Part shown: piece after piece, positions 1 to 13,660 of the stretch | Position numbering within the stretch: position 1 is the stretch's first letter | How the letters are laid out: each line of letters opens with the position of its first letter | Assembly (NCBI GenBank): GCA_040954595.2 | Contig: CM082588.2 | Location: forward strand, 5,530,202 to 5,594,201 | Direction of reading: 5' to 3' | From: Balanoglossus misakiensis | Lineage: Eukaryota; Animalia; Hemichordata | Length of the DNA stretch: 64,000 bases | Made by a program: the position numbers and the translations under genes | The notes under the pieces: model-generated | What the model saw: the letters and a program-made list of their open reading frames with translations, nothing else | What the model was told of the DNA's origin: nothing | The model's database searches: none

Positions 1-134
1 ATCCCATGATTTGAATTCCCGGTAAGGCTACAAGTAATTGGCGGAGCATATGATGACGTCATGAGAAATAGCACATTTGCAACATGATGGATTGTGTGCT
101 TTTAAGCACACTACGTCATTCACAGTCTACTTAC

Positions 135-1085
135 ATTCAAGGGCCCACTTGTAGATTTGATGTTGAAAGTCCGGGATCTCTCCATCTTTGTCTCTCAGTT
201 CCCTCATCAAGTCAATGAAATCCTTGCTGACAACGTCAATGGAGGGCGTATATGTGGCGACGGTCTTCGGTCTCATCATAGAGGGCTGCACAGCTCTTCT
301 TGCTCTGCGCCACTCGTCGCCTTGCCTGTGAACATAGCGTGATGACGTCAAAATATGTGAGCTGTAAAAGTTGCTCTGGTGTGTGTGCATACGAGAGAGA
401 TGCGTGCCATCATCCAACCAGAACGGAAAGAACGACAGGAATATGTTCGATTCATGCAAGTAACCCACTTACAGATTTACAATTCCGATGGGTCGGTTGA
501 ATACTTCGTTGGCCTTTAACAGAGGCCTAACAGCTGGTCGCTCAGGCGCCAGACTATCATTCTTGAACATGGTTTCGCCGTCGGCCGGGTCCACAATGTT
601 CAGCAAATTTATAGTGCCTATTTTCTCGATCCAGATTTTGCCCAATTTGCGGTATCTGTCCAAGCAGGCTTCCAAAAGCTTGTCTGTGCCGTAAGAACCT
701 GTACACGAAATTCGTCGACAAGGACACAGGCCTGGTTTAGTTTTATGTACTGACCATTGATTTTTCTATTAGTCCAGTTGATAAAAAACACATTTATTTA
801 TGATTTGTTGCAAGTCTAACAAAGACGTGTACATGTAGTTTATTCCCACCAAAGTGTATTTCTGAATGGCAGATATAAGGCCATACGCTTACCGAGAGGA
901 CTGTAATCGAGGAATGCAAATTTTGGCTTTGGTATTTCGTTGAACGCACGTGGTTTGGGTAAATCTTCGGCGTCCTTGTCACTGGCCCCGGTCACGGTCG
1001 CCGCAGACCCTCTGTCACGTCTGACCACCATACACATAACCACACGTCGCTTCGACACCCGAATACCTTGCCTTGCCGAATGCAT
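135..1085 (-). CDS. Mitochondrial-clan cytochrome P450 (CYP27/CYP24/CYP49-like), paralog A; exons 1-3 only, continues beyond the left edge
   Basis: Exons 1085-893, 698-473 and 325-135, all with GT-AG boundaries and in phase. Arg-rich N-terminus without a hydrophobic anchor. Contains DYSPLG, C-helix QGDEWRRAR and YKWALE. Exons 2 and 3 (226 and 191 nt) match paralog B exactly in size. Confidence 0.92.
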
Positions 1086-1251
1086 GATGAATTTCCTAGT
1101 AGAGAGGGGACTGCAAGAGAGATAAAGATGTTAGCATGGCGATTTTTGTGACAGTAACTCAAATTCGGTTTCATATATTGTACCTGTAAAATGCATCCTA
1201 ATATTGGTTTTGTTTGCTAAGCAAGATGGTGTTAGATTACCAATCGGAGAG

Positions 1252-1279
1252 GGTGGTGGTGGTGGTGGTGGTGGTGGTG
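1252..1279. repeat. (GGT)n microsatellite
   Basis: Read directly: a run of ggt repeats. Confidence 0.9.
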
Positions 1280-2430
1280 TCTGATAAGAAAAACGCTGGC
1301 GGTTAGCTGCCGAAGTCTGACTATATGTTGGTTTGGTAAACAGTCATTGAACGGCTATTACCGTTTAGGTTAAAACTCTCGGTTCCGTCGTTGTGTGATC
1401 TCATAAATCGTGGGAAATGCATACGCGATGATAATAATGGTTTGATGCAAGCGGTCATCCTGTGACATAACCATGATTACGTCCATGTTATAATATACCT
1501 CATGCTAATATTGTGTTATGATTCGCCAGAATCCGTGGCCAGGCAATATGTGTTCATTATTACACTGCATGAAATAATCAAGAACAAAGGAGCTTTCAAG
1601 TGGCCGGTAGAATGTTTGTAGTCGATGCTTTGCATGTTTGTTTGTACAAAACAGTCCGTGCCATAGTTGTGGCTTGGATTGTCCTTTAAAGCTGGCGGTA
1701 AGGGCAACAACACCCAGAGACGGCCTAACAGCCTCACAATGGAGGCAATTTCAGTAACTGACCTTCAGTTTACCAACGCAGTACCACAGCGCAGTGGGTT
1801 ATTTTGACCCCGTTTCTTCTAGTACCCCCATGCTCGTTGTAACCGGTCATCGTACGTCCTTTTGACCTCAGTGCACCATTCTTATATGGAGCACCACATA
1901 TCAACATCACACGAATCCGACAAGTACCACCAAAACAGATCATTAAAAAGGTGCCAATTATGGCCAATTTAATGATACCAGGCGAAATTAGGCATCTTGC
2001 AGCAAGTCTGTGACCTAAATAATTTAGCGAATTGGAGTAGTTCCACCAGTATTACCACTGGCATCTTGTTGATTGATTTACAACTCGTTTCACACAAAAC
2101 CGTGTGTTAGTATACACACAGAGAGGCAATTCCTTGCTAGCAAGGTCAATATGAGCTCAAGACAACCCAAGTCACCTAAATCAGTATTACACCACAAAAA
2201 CGAGTAAACCTACCTCTAAGAATAAAACTTGTCTTCCGTCTTGACTCACCGCGGGTACAGACGTGACGTGAAAGTTCGCATAAACCACACTACAGAGTAA
2301 CTCGAATGAGTACTTGTTGTCGGATGAAGGGTTAGGGAGCGTTCAGTTATTTCGGTCAGGGGTGGGCCAGTAAATGCCTGCGGTGTCTCACTGAAAATTA
2401 ACGGAACCCCTGTCCGATACCACACACTGT

Positions 2431-2515
2431 AGATTGGGCGGGGCTCCGCCCATGATTTCTCATTGGTCGATTGCTACCTGCACGACGTCAATCACCAAGT
2501 CCACTGTCACGTGTG
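2431..2515. promoter_or_regulatory. Candidate bidirectional promoter core between P450-A and the MFS gene
   Basis: Within 85 bp: ATTGG/CCAAT boxes (2433, 2462), opposed GC boxes GGGCGGGG and CCGCCC (2436-2451), CRE-like GACGTCA (2484) and E-box GTCACGTG (2506-2513). Flanked by a - strand donor (~2249, with matching acceptor at 1111) and a + strand donor (~2934), suggesting non-coding first exons in both directions. Confidence 0.55.
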
Positions 2516-3868
2516 AAACTTCTGGCATCAGGTGTGGACACAAATCAAGACTCACCATGAACGTGGCCTATGTGCACATATTCAAGCCCCGGCTTGAATG
2601 CTTTTGTAAGCAATGACAATGGTCGGTACACATACACATAACTCGTTATCAATCAGGGCTAGGGAGGGGAACAAGAAAATGTGTTTGATATGTAAAACAA
2701 AAATACTGAAAATCTAGCCTGAAGTTACAGAATGTGGCCCTTGAACACGTGGAATTGAACGACTGGGTCCCTTTAAAGATGACATTCCCATAACACCATC
2801 AAGGCCCACCGTCGTAAACCACGGGCCGCTTTACGGCAACTGCGACATGCGTTACGTAGGGAGGTTTGTGTTGTTCCGTCTCACTGTGGAGTAAAGCCCT
2901 GGCTGGCGAGAATGTTCACGGTCACATCGTCAGGTAACATCAGTGTATCATCGACGTCGTAATCATAGTACCTGCCGTTCACTAAAAGAGTTCGACAGGT
3001 GTTTTGACGGCGCCATGTTTATCGAATATGTGTGCGGTGTAAACGTCCACGATGCCATTCTATGAGTGCGACTGGATTCAAAATTCAAAGGTTAAACAAG
3101 TAAGCGCTAGTTAACCAGTAACAGACAAATTAACATCAACAACGGACAGACATTTTGTTAACCGGAGTTAGTTGACAATCGATCTTGTGCTTACAGGGTG
3201 ACTTCTGATAGATAGCGATAGCGCACCTTTATTCAAATATACACAGAAGGATTATCTTCTGTTACTACTAGCTTGGTTAATAATATATCGACTTTGCCCT
3301 ACTTTATGAAGAAGTGTAATGGTGTTTGCGGATTTGTTCCTCCATTGGCTATGGAAATATTGACATATTTCTGCGGGATTAGGAGGTTAAGACATTGATT
3401 CTTTTAAATTGTCAAACCTCATAAATTCTAATCATCAACACTTTTAACATCAAAGCGAGAATATATTCAGTTCTATACAGTAGTCTGCGTATTAGCAGAA
3501 TGTTTTCAAAGTACAGGTGTGTGGCTGCCGATTCAGAGGTCAATGTACAAACATTTTGATTTGTATTTAGGCGCCATATTGGACATCATCGTGCGCAGCA
3601 GTATACTACATGTACATGTAGCATCATCCACATCTCATCTGTGCATATAGTCTGGACTACTTTGCGGCCATTTTGAATTTCAAATTTGACACAATTGTGC
3701 TCTCGCGTTCAAAATTTTGCACGATGACGCCCATTTTTTTTATTCTCAATTTTAAGAGTGAATAGTTTTCAGCAAAAATTGAGAGAAAGTTTACACAATG
3801 ATATACGAGGCACATTCTACCTTAACAGAAATAAATGGCATGTATTTTACACTTGTTCCCGTAGCATT

Positions 3869-6800
3869 ATGGCATTTGTACAAAGAAAATGGCGAGGGAT
3901 CATATCAATAGTAGGTGGCATTATGATCCATATCACACTGGGGACCTTCTACACTTTTGGTGAGTGACGTTGATTTATTCTTTGTCTCGCCATTTTTACA
4001 AATCATCACTAGATCATTTGGTAAATTCATTCACTAATGGCGCCATTATACGTCGGTCTTCATTTTACTTTCGTTTGTTTATCAACAAATTTAATGACCT
4101 GGTAAGCTTATGCACTTTTCAAGGGAACCGAATCTATCATTTTATGTTCATATAAGTATAAGTTGAAAAATAACCATGCACTATCTTTTATTCAGTATAA
4201 TGTTTAGTTCCTGAAAGTTGTAATCTTTTTTCAGGTAATATGTCTCCGTACATAACATCCTACATAAGGGAACGCAGTAAACCGTCGGATATTACATACG
4301 CGGTGAGAATATTTTCATATGTTGAAATTACGAACTTCTCGTCTCGTCTGTTATCGTCATGATATAAGTTTTTTTGGATTATGACTGTATGTATCAGTAA
4401 TAGATTTTTTGTCATTTTTATATGTGTGTGATTTGTTTCTTTTGTAACCACATTCATTGTGTATTTACTCTCATTTTGCCCTCAGGCTGGTTACCCGTCT
4501 ATAAAGTAAATTTGTTAACATTCACGATGCTGATGCATGCATATAGGGCCTACGTGAATGTTTAAAAAATGTTGTCAATCACATTGCGGTTAGTGTGCCA
4601 TTGCTACTATGCTCATAGTCGATAGGGTTTTAACACAGACACCTACCTACAAGTAGTTTGATACTCACTGACGACCTTTCTCCTTTGATTTAACTTGCCA
4701 GATGTCTACTTGGATATTTGCTTTGGAGGGGGCTATGCTCGGTGGCTGTATGTATTTTGGAGGTCTACTCGATAAAAAGATTGGAGCTCGTTTGGCGGCA
4801 CTTATCGGCTGCCTGATTCAAAGGTAAGCTTCACCAATAATTGTAGTCATGGTGCGTTTTGCTGGAGAATGCCGCAGAGCTAAACGTTTTTCCGCTTAAC
4901 ATTGATATTGTGTTACTTGTTTTTCTGTGGCGTGTTTTTAGGTCAGCTACTTACATGTAGGTAGTCATTTTAAGCATCACCGCAACAGGGTAAAAGTATG
5001 TAGCTTGACTGTTACGGATACTCATTCTAGTCCACAAAAACGTTCAGTGCCTTCTACGTTAAGATTACACTTTAGGGATCCCGTATAACAAATGTACAAA
5101 CTTTTAGGACCTCCAATATATGCCAATCGTGTCATTATTAGATGTTCCTAAATCCCTGAACTCATTTACGATCGAAAAATTCCACACGAAATACCAATGG
5201 ATAACTTAACCTCCATTACACACATTTATATCATTTCCAGCACAGGAGTTCTGCTCACCTATTTTACCATCCAGTATTCGTTTTATCTGGTGCTCATCAC
5301 TTATGGTTTAATGTTTGGAATTGGCATGGGATTGGCCTACGCACCAGCCCTGATGTGTGCGATGAAGGTAAGACCAGGATTAAACCAAACCTGTTAGATT
5401 TTTTCGTCACTCACAGACGACGTCCTGGTGTAGATACGAGGCTGCAGCCTCTAAAGAACATGTGTTGTAGCACTGTATTCAAGTGTTTGTCAACTTGGAA
5501 TCCAAATGGGATTGATTGTATATATTTCAGTCCACACTCTTATCAAAAGTACGACTTCAAGCCAGGCTTATCGTTTCACTCGATGTGCAGATTCGTTTGA
5601 GTCGGTTAACTTAAACTCACATGAAGTGGTAAACAACATACGAGAGTAACAACACGCAAACTCATAAGCCAATTTATTTCTCTCTTTTTTTACTGATAGT
5701 GGTTTCCAAAACATAAAGGTGTAACTAGTGGTTTGATAGTGGCTGGATTCGGTGGAGGCCCCTTCATTTTCAATCAAGTACAGACAGCTTACATAAATCC
5801 AGAAAATTTATCCCCCGTGGAGTCCTCAAATGGAGAGAGGTGAGTGGATTTCTTATCATGTAACTCGTCATTTCAATTTCATGTTTCACCAACTGCTGTC
5901 TTGCTTATATACGACCACGTCTCATGACACATCCGCAGTGTTTATCGTTTGCCCGAATATATCAACAAACCTCAGTTCGTTTTGTATGGAACGCATCTAT
6001 GTTACAAGTGCGTACATGTAACAGTGCGGTGTGCTGTGTTCCATTTTGTGAGCGATTTTGTGTGACTGTTAATTTTGCTTCGTTATTTTCCCCACTCTCT
6101 GAACAGATATTTTAACCAGGAAGACATACTGAATAGAACGCCAACATGTTTTCTGTTGCTAGGAGTATGCTATGTTTCATTGCAACTAATCGGTTGTGTA
6201 CTGATGGCTGACCCACCGCAAGATCGTGTAAGCATTTTCTCACGTTCATAAGGTTCTGTTGTTATTGATGTTGATGAATATGTGTGTCAGATTCAAATGA
6301 GAGCATGCAACTGGCTGACCAGATCAGTTTCAGGTCGTGGCTTCAGATACCATCAACAAAGGACCAAAGATATCATTTCGATATTGCTTTGCTTTGCTTT
6401 GCTCCCATAGGGTCCATCTGCACAGGAAGAAACAGAATCAGAGAAACAACCTTTACTGTCTAAAGAAGACAATGAAGATTTTGACCCGAAGTCCAGTGGT
6501 CGAAGTTTAGAACCAAGAGATGCCATTAGAACTCGACCATTCTGGACAATGTGGTTTACCTTCTTCTTCAACGCAGTTAGTCTGGTGTTGGCGTCAGCAC
6601 TTTACAAAGTAAGTTTGATTAGCGGCATCCAAAGAGAATCGCGACAACAGAACAATCAATATTGTGGGATACACCATCACACCTCACCATCACAACACCA
6701 TATGCTATAATGTTAACTGAGTAGCAAGGCACACTACAAGCCCTCGAATACTGCACTATGATTGAACACTGTTCAGCGAATGACAACTCGATACCAACTC

Positions 6801-8027
6801 ACCATCATCAACTTATTGATCCATACTGCATAAGTAAATGTTTTCAACCATCTTTGATAACAGTCACTTTCATTATGTCGTATTCACGTAGAATGGAAAG
6901 CTATCATTTAGCCGCGGCCGGGTAGAGCCATTGTCAAATTCCTAGTTCAATTTGAAATTTAATAACACCGCACAACTAGCGACTCATTCTTTGTGATGAC
7001 TTTCCAATTTCAGGCTTACGGGCAGAATTTTATAGAAGATGATCTCTTCTTGGCTCTGGTCGGATCGTTTGCGTCATTGTTCAACTGTCTTGGTCGCGTG
7101 TTCTGGGGATATCTCGGTGACAGATTCTCGTTTCGGGTAAGTTTGAACTGGGGATCCGGAATGCAGATGTTGCAACCTCTCGTGCTCGCTTATTTATGGG
7201 ATTAACAGATCATCGTATGATCAGTGTTTAAGCTCTACAAAACACTTGCCTTCACAGGATGCGATGCTGGCGCTCTGCACTGCAAACTCGGCGCTCATGC
7301 TCACGCTCATCGCTACCCAGGAGGGCGGTAAATTGATGTTTTTCATCTGGGTCTGCGCCATATTCCTTTCATTCTCCGGAAACTTTGCTCTTTTTCCAAG
7401 TGCAACTGCAAGGTAGGTGACCGTAAACCTGTTGAAATAGTTACTGTTTTGTCTACCCCTCAGTCAGTATACCCAGAAGCATAAGCATCTCATGGTAGGC
7501 CCTGTACCATGTCAGGTATATGTGTATGATTGAATAGAGGAGTTTGGTCTAGCTGGCACTAGCACTATCATTGCTCTCATTGCATTGAGAAAAGTAACAG
7601 TGCCTGCAGTAGTTTTGACAGGTCCCTCTTCACGTACATTACAGATCATTTGGTGTAGAAAATGCTGGTAAAACCTACGGCATTTTATTCACATCATTCG
7701 CAATGGCATCGTTGGCTGGGACATTGTCCGGGAATATTTTAGTCGACTATTTTGGCTGGACGGGGCTGTTTTACTTCTGTGCAGGGTGTTCAGCCATCGG
7801 TGAGTAGAGATTGCAACTGAAAAAAAATCTTGATTGTTCAAAATCATTATTGGCCATGGATCAGTATGTGGACTAAGGCTTCGTATTGACCACATTGTAA
7901 TCTTACTGAGACAAAATGCATGCGTATAAACTCTATCGGATGGTAAATCCAGGCGTTCTTTTCTACAACAGGCATTGTGTTAACTTTAACATTCAACGTG
8001 AAAACTCCGGAAGGAAAGGACATCTGA
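3869..8027 (+). CDS. MFS transporter, oxalate:formate antiporter (OFA/OxlT)-like, 451 aa, 11 coding exons
   Basis: Exons 3869-3959, 4235-4302, 4702-4823, 5241-5367, 5700-5839, 6107-6227, 6411-6608, 7014-7136, 7258-7412, 7645-7799 and 7972-8027 sum to 1356 nt and are open and in phase. MFS motif A in both halves (GGLLDKKIGAR; GYLGDRFSFR). OFA-type YGLMFGIGMGLAY..KWFPKHKGVTSGLIVAGFGGG. About 12 hydrophobic segments. Confidence 0.92.
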
Positions 8028-8368
8028 GGAAAGATATTGGGCATATTAACTTTAATATTTTGTTGAAATCCATCTGGGTTGTCATAAGTAGAGTATCTGG
8101 CAGCTCCGGCCGCGGGTAAGGGAATAATCAATGCTGCCGTAAGCTTTCCAGTCTAAAAGATATATTTACAGAAATTCTTTATATATACAAGGAGACATAT
8201 TGTTTGACATATCACAGGACACATAGCGTTCTTTAACCATGATGCCATGCAGGTTGTCTCCCCAGACTAAAAATACAAATTCCTGTAACAGACATGGCGA
8301 GACTATTTCTGCTGTTTCACTTCGTCTGACTTTGGAAACCGGCCCGACAATGCACAAAGCCAACTAGC

Positions 8369-11300
8369 TCACTTCCTGTCTGCGAACGTAAATCGTGCCG
8401 GTTGATCAGGTGCAGATATAATGTTCATCTTGACGCCTAGCTTACCATGTTTCCACGTGATGCGGTAGTTTTGAACAAGCTGTAGAGGATGGAAAACTAT
8501 TTATTATGGTAATATCTGATCAATGGAGCAAGGAGAGAATAATTGTTCTGCATGAACCTGTCACAGATCCAATGGTTAGTCGTTTTACGTCACACTAAGA
8601 ACACGTCAATCTGTACCAAAATCTATCACACCATAGAACTGCAGATTACTTGTTGTGTTTTAATGAATAAGTCAGCAGTGCAGGCTTTCAGCTCGCTCCC
8701 GATTCCCTCCCAACTGTGTGTTCAACCGTTCTTATTTTTACCTTAACGATAATGATTCGGAGCTCTTCTTCAGCAATACGTCTACCTAAGCACATCCTCG
8801 GGCCATGTCCAAAAGGTAGCACCATAAAGGGGCTGACGTGTGTTTGCATCTGGTGTCCCCGAATCCATCTCTCCGGAACAAACTTCTCGGGATCAGGAAA
8901 ATATTCCTCCAGCATTCCCGTTATGTTGTGGTATCTAACCATTGTCTGCAACAAACGTGTGACGTGTTAATATAGGGGATGCATTAAGAACGATATTTCA
9001 TTATTCAACTATTTATGTTTGTATAAGTGGGCCACTTTTGTGGTGGACTGAAAAATGCAACACTGCATTTTATTGACCAGAGTTGCGCAACTAGGAAATT
9101 TTTCAAATTGATGAAGGTGGCTAGTTCAGAAAGGAGAATAAGAATTTTGGTTGCGCGAACATCTATATCACCCCAGTCTGGTCTGACAGATTCAGAAGAG
9201 ACGTTTGACTTACCCCAGCGGGAACCGTATATCCAGCAAGAACCAAATCTCTGTGAATTATACGTGCGTTACTAGCCGCAATTGGATATTGTCTGGGGAG
9301 AAAAATAACAAATATAGTGATTCAACATCTTTGTTATCATAACGCCCGTTAATACTGGCAAAATCCTGTCAGCATTATATATAAATCTTCAGCAAAAATC
9401 ACTCTAACTGGTACTACCAAATGTATCATTATTATCGCACTGTAGCGTCTTCACACTCCTTGCTGGTGGTCACCTGATACTGAAACTGAACGGCAGTTAC
9501 TATTTAGCACGCAAGGGAAATCTGATGGAAAAGGGTTTCAGATTTTACCTGAACGTTTCTTTCATACAGCCCCTGAGGAAGGCCATCTTGTTCAGAGCTT
9601 CTGCGCTAATCCTTCCAGAGCTTGGTAACACCGAAACGATCTCCTCGTACAATTTCTCCTGCTTGTCCGGATTAGTAGCAAGGTTGTACAGATTAAACAC
9701 CAACGTATGTGAAGTCTGTAAAATGTAAAAGGATATTTCTTGTTTCATTATGAAGATCTTACAAAGCAACTGGTCAGTCAGCTTTGATATTTCGCCCACA
9801 ATTCGATATGTTCCTCTTGTGTTAACTATCACAGCGGACCCTCTCGATCTCTAGGGTGTTTGTAGTTACTTACTGTATCAATACCACCCATGATCAGCTC
9901 AATTGGAGTCAGTATTAACTCTTCATAACTCAGGTCTTTTTGTCCCAGTAGTGAAACTAGCATGTTCGCTTCAGTCCGTTCACCCTCTTTTAGGTCTCTG
10001 ACTCGTGCGATTGTTTGGTCGACGTATTTCTTATTAATTCTGAGAAAAGAGGAACAAGCAGTTCAACATGTGCTGACAGAAATGGATCATATTAATTTGA
10101 AAGGGGCGATGAGATTAAACGTCTTTGTATATTCTTCATGACTTAAATGACCAACCTGAAAAGTGTCTCCTGGCTTCTGAAGAATTTTCTCCAGGTTGGC
10201 GTGCTGACGAACTTGTAAATCGGAAACCCGTACACAAGTTTTCCGAAGGTGCCGAAGAAATCGGTAGAGGCGTTAATTATCTGCTGTGCCTCTGAATCCG
10301 GGTCTAAGTTCTTTTCCAGACAACCCAGTCGCGTGTCGAGTGCCACCTTGCCGATTGCTGTAATTGAGAAGGTTAACATAGCTGGACAAGAACATACTTG
10401 GAGATTCCTGTCTTTTATTGCAGAATCATTTTGTTTTTATTTTTTTACACTTTCTGACTGGTTCTTGAGGTCATGTTTCTTGAATTATAACTACTGTCTG
10501 CTTCATATTAGAACAAGGACATTACCTGTACGAAGGGTTATACACTGTTATACGGAACTCAAGGTAACCTATGTTTGGTGCATTATATCACGTGGCGGAA
10601 GCCTTGTTTACGTCATCAGCCCGTTAAAACCCAGCATCATTTACATGTAGGTGTATGCTAATACTACTTCTGTCTTATGCGCAATCCTTTATACTTACAC
10701 TCGAGTGCCCACTTGTAAATTTCGTTTTGAAAATCTGGGACTTCTCCATCTCCCCTTCTCCGTTCTTTAATCAAGGAGATGAAGTCCTTGCCGACATCTT
10801 CCAGGTCTGGTATATACTGTTCCACAACCTTGGGTCTCATCAAGAAGGGCTGAACAATTCTCCTTAATCTTTGCCACTCGTCTCCTTGTCTTTGACGATG
10901 AAGTGACATCATGAGAGTATAGGATGAGACGGATGGTGAGGAGGAAGTGACATCATAAGAGTTTATGAAGCAGTCTTAAAATGTGATAATGTTCCACTTG
11001 GTAACCGTACCACTAAAAATAATGCGAGAAATGGATACTTACAGATTTGCAATGCCAATCGATCGCTTGCTCTCTTCTCTCGCTCTTTTCAGGGGTTCAA
11101 GCACCGGACGCTCCGGTGTCCTGTCGTCATTTTTGAACATAATTTCCGCATCGTGGGGGTCGACGACGTTTACAGTGGTTAAAATACCGAACGTTTCCAT
11201 CCAGATTTTGCCAAATTTTCGATACCTGTCCACGCATGCATCCAAGAACTTTTCAATGCTGTATGGACCTGTATGAAATACTATAAATGGTTAGCACACC

Positions 11301-11793
11301 TCACGTATTATTCCGCGCTCCTGATCGGGTGATACTGGGTCACGTGGCACATATTGGCTGGCCATGAGGGTAACAGCATACGTCTATTTCCCCGAGGGAC
11401 TGTGGGTCGCCCCAAACAGTCTGTCTCCAGAGGCCAAAGACGTTGCTATAGATAACGTGTTTCTACTATAATAGCATTTGAAAGGAGATTACAAAATCGA
11501 CAATGAAAAGAAATTATTTGTTACCGACTGTACGTAAGCATCAATGTTAACAATTGCATCTTACCAAGTGGACTATAATCAAGGAGAGATCCGACGATCG
11601 GTAGAAGTCTTGGCCTTGGTATTTCTTCAAAAGGACGTGGGTTCGATGCCTCATCGGTGGGTGTATCATTGCCCGTGATTACAGATGACACAGAACCTTT
11701 GTCACGTTTCGTCAACTTTTCAACAATGCTTCTTCTCAACACGGCATGCACGGGAAGGAGAGCCCTCCCACTCTGTGTGGTTGTCGAATGCAT
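8369..11793 (-). CDS. Mitochondrial-clan cytochrome P450 (CYP27/CYP24/CYP49-like), paralog B; complete, 524 aa, 9 exons
   Basis: Exons 11793-11565, 11268-11043, 10889-10699, 10357-10156, 10039-9874, 9715-9549, 9292-9214, 8945-8742 and 8479-8369 sum to 1575 nt and are open. C-helix GDEWQRLR, I-helix GGIDTTS, K-helix KETFR, PERW, heme motif PFGHGPRMCLG. DTRLGCL is typical of the mitochondrial clan. Confidence 0.95.
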
Positions 11794-13364
11794 TTTTCAC
11801 GCGTTTTACTGCGAACAGAACATCAAAGGGAAGACACCATGTAGCACCACCGCCTTGTAAAAGCTGACATTACGTTAGTAGATATTTACAATACAGCATA
11901 CACGGCAGTGCCTTCTGGAGAGCCCCATTCAATTTCAGAATACTAGACAACCACTAAAGTTGCCTTGAGCAAAATAGCTCGTTAAATTGGTCCCGTGGTT
12001 CGGATTTTTTCAATACTGAGTACAACGTTACAGAGAGTTGAACGACCCTTTCATGCCAAACAGGGGTTAGGCCTAGTGTCCTACATTACAGTTGAACGCA
12101 CTTCGTAGCCCTCTCTATATACAGGCTATAATCCTGGTCATTTCATCAGATTTGCACTGTTTACAATAAAGTCAGGTGATATACATGTATATGTTTGTCA
12201 AGTTACAGCTAACGCAGTGTTTTGCAACATGCCACAACAATCTGATGCAGTGTAGATACACCGATCAAATCATTAGGAAAACCGAATGGGGACTGAAAGG
12301 GAATAAGATATATATTACGGAAATCCAGCCTGGTTTTTTGTTTTATTACATTTTACAGCTTCCTGTATTTGAATATAAATGCGCTTGTTGGGCATGGGTA
12401 TGGGCAGTTGGCTGCAATAAAACTATTTATACTGTTGAACAGTCTGGTTTCGTGATTTATGTTTAGAAGTCAAGCTTTCAAGGACGTGTATTCAAATGCC
12501 TGTAGGGTATACTGTAGTTAGCTGGGGTGTGGGAACACTATTGAAAGTTTATTGCAAAACTCTGCATGTGGCTGACGTCGCATGTTTTGATCGGTGTATA
12601 ACCACGATCACTTCGCGACTGTGGTTCGACAGTAGACAATTATAAATAAAGCTACTAGATTTGCTTTTTCTGTTAGTAAGTTTAGGGTACACCGCCTTAA
12701 AATGTCCTTGGATCTTTCGAATGCATTCAACACGCAAAGGGTCACCAGTGTTAGAAAACACTTTTGTTAGAGAGTATGCCACTCAGGTTAGAGAACTATC
12801 GTTCTGTGGACCTACCTGAAACGGATTGTAAGTAGTTGTCTACAGACTACAGATAAAACACGTGATCCCTCAGCTGAAGTGTACACTTACGGTGTGTATG
12901 GAAGGCAGGGTCGAAGGTCGGCCTACCCCCAATTAATTACAATCAGTGTCAGGGCGCAAGACGGACAAGTTGCATGATCTGAGGTCACAATGGTGATATG
13001 TCGCTGCATATGTACAAGCGATCTCCATATACCACCCGCAAAGATACTGCATGTATTAATTTTTATACCTGTAAAAACATTACCTTTGTTTCCAGAAATA
13101 AGTGAAAAGGTCTTGGGTATACATTACAATTTGTTTTCAGGGTATCATGCTGAACTTTATTCAATACTTTTTAAATACATGTATAACAAATATCAACTGC
13201 ATGTAAAGTAAATGATAAGCCATTGAGAAATCTACTTAAATGTTACATGGATTGTCTCTCTCAAGTTTCACAAAATATTCAAATGTAATCACTGTAATAC
13301 AATATTATTAAATCGAAGGTTTTGAGTGCTGAAGTTGGTGTACACTGGGGTAGATTTATTTAAT

Positions 13365-13660
13365 CTACCGCGAGGTGGCGTTTTCAAGATGGCTGACCTG
13401 TTGCGTGTGATGGTCTCGACAGTGCACTGTTTTGACCTGATACGCGTTTAAATTCGCTCTTTTCACCTGAATTTCCGACTGCCGTTGTTCGTCTTGTGGT
13501 CGAAATGGATCTGGGTAGGACTTGTGAGGAATTACTGCATTGGTTTCACCTATATCACATGGACTCCGACTGTGACGCAACGCGGAGCCGTCAAAATAAC
13601 AAAACAAAATGGCGGCGCCCATAGGCACAAGGACAATCACGTGTATGTTTCCATAAGGTA
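13365..13660 (+). promoter_or_regulatory. CpG-rich promoter-like segment with YY1-type motifs and a CTCF-like site
   Basis: CCGCGAGGTGGCG (13368), CAAGATGGCTG (13385) and CAAAATGGCGGCG (13605). Possible donors at 13642/13643 (T|gtatgt) and 13657/13658 (AAG|gtatag). Confidence 0.4.

Noticed and set aside
3869-8027. Recent horizontal transfer of a bacterial OxlT gene
   Set aside because: Ten canonical introns and host-like composition. OFA-like MFS genes are known in many invertebrates, so nothing here supports recent transfer.
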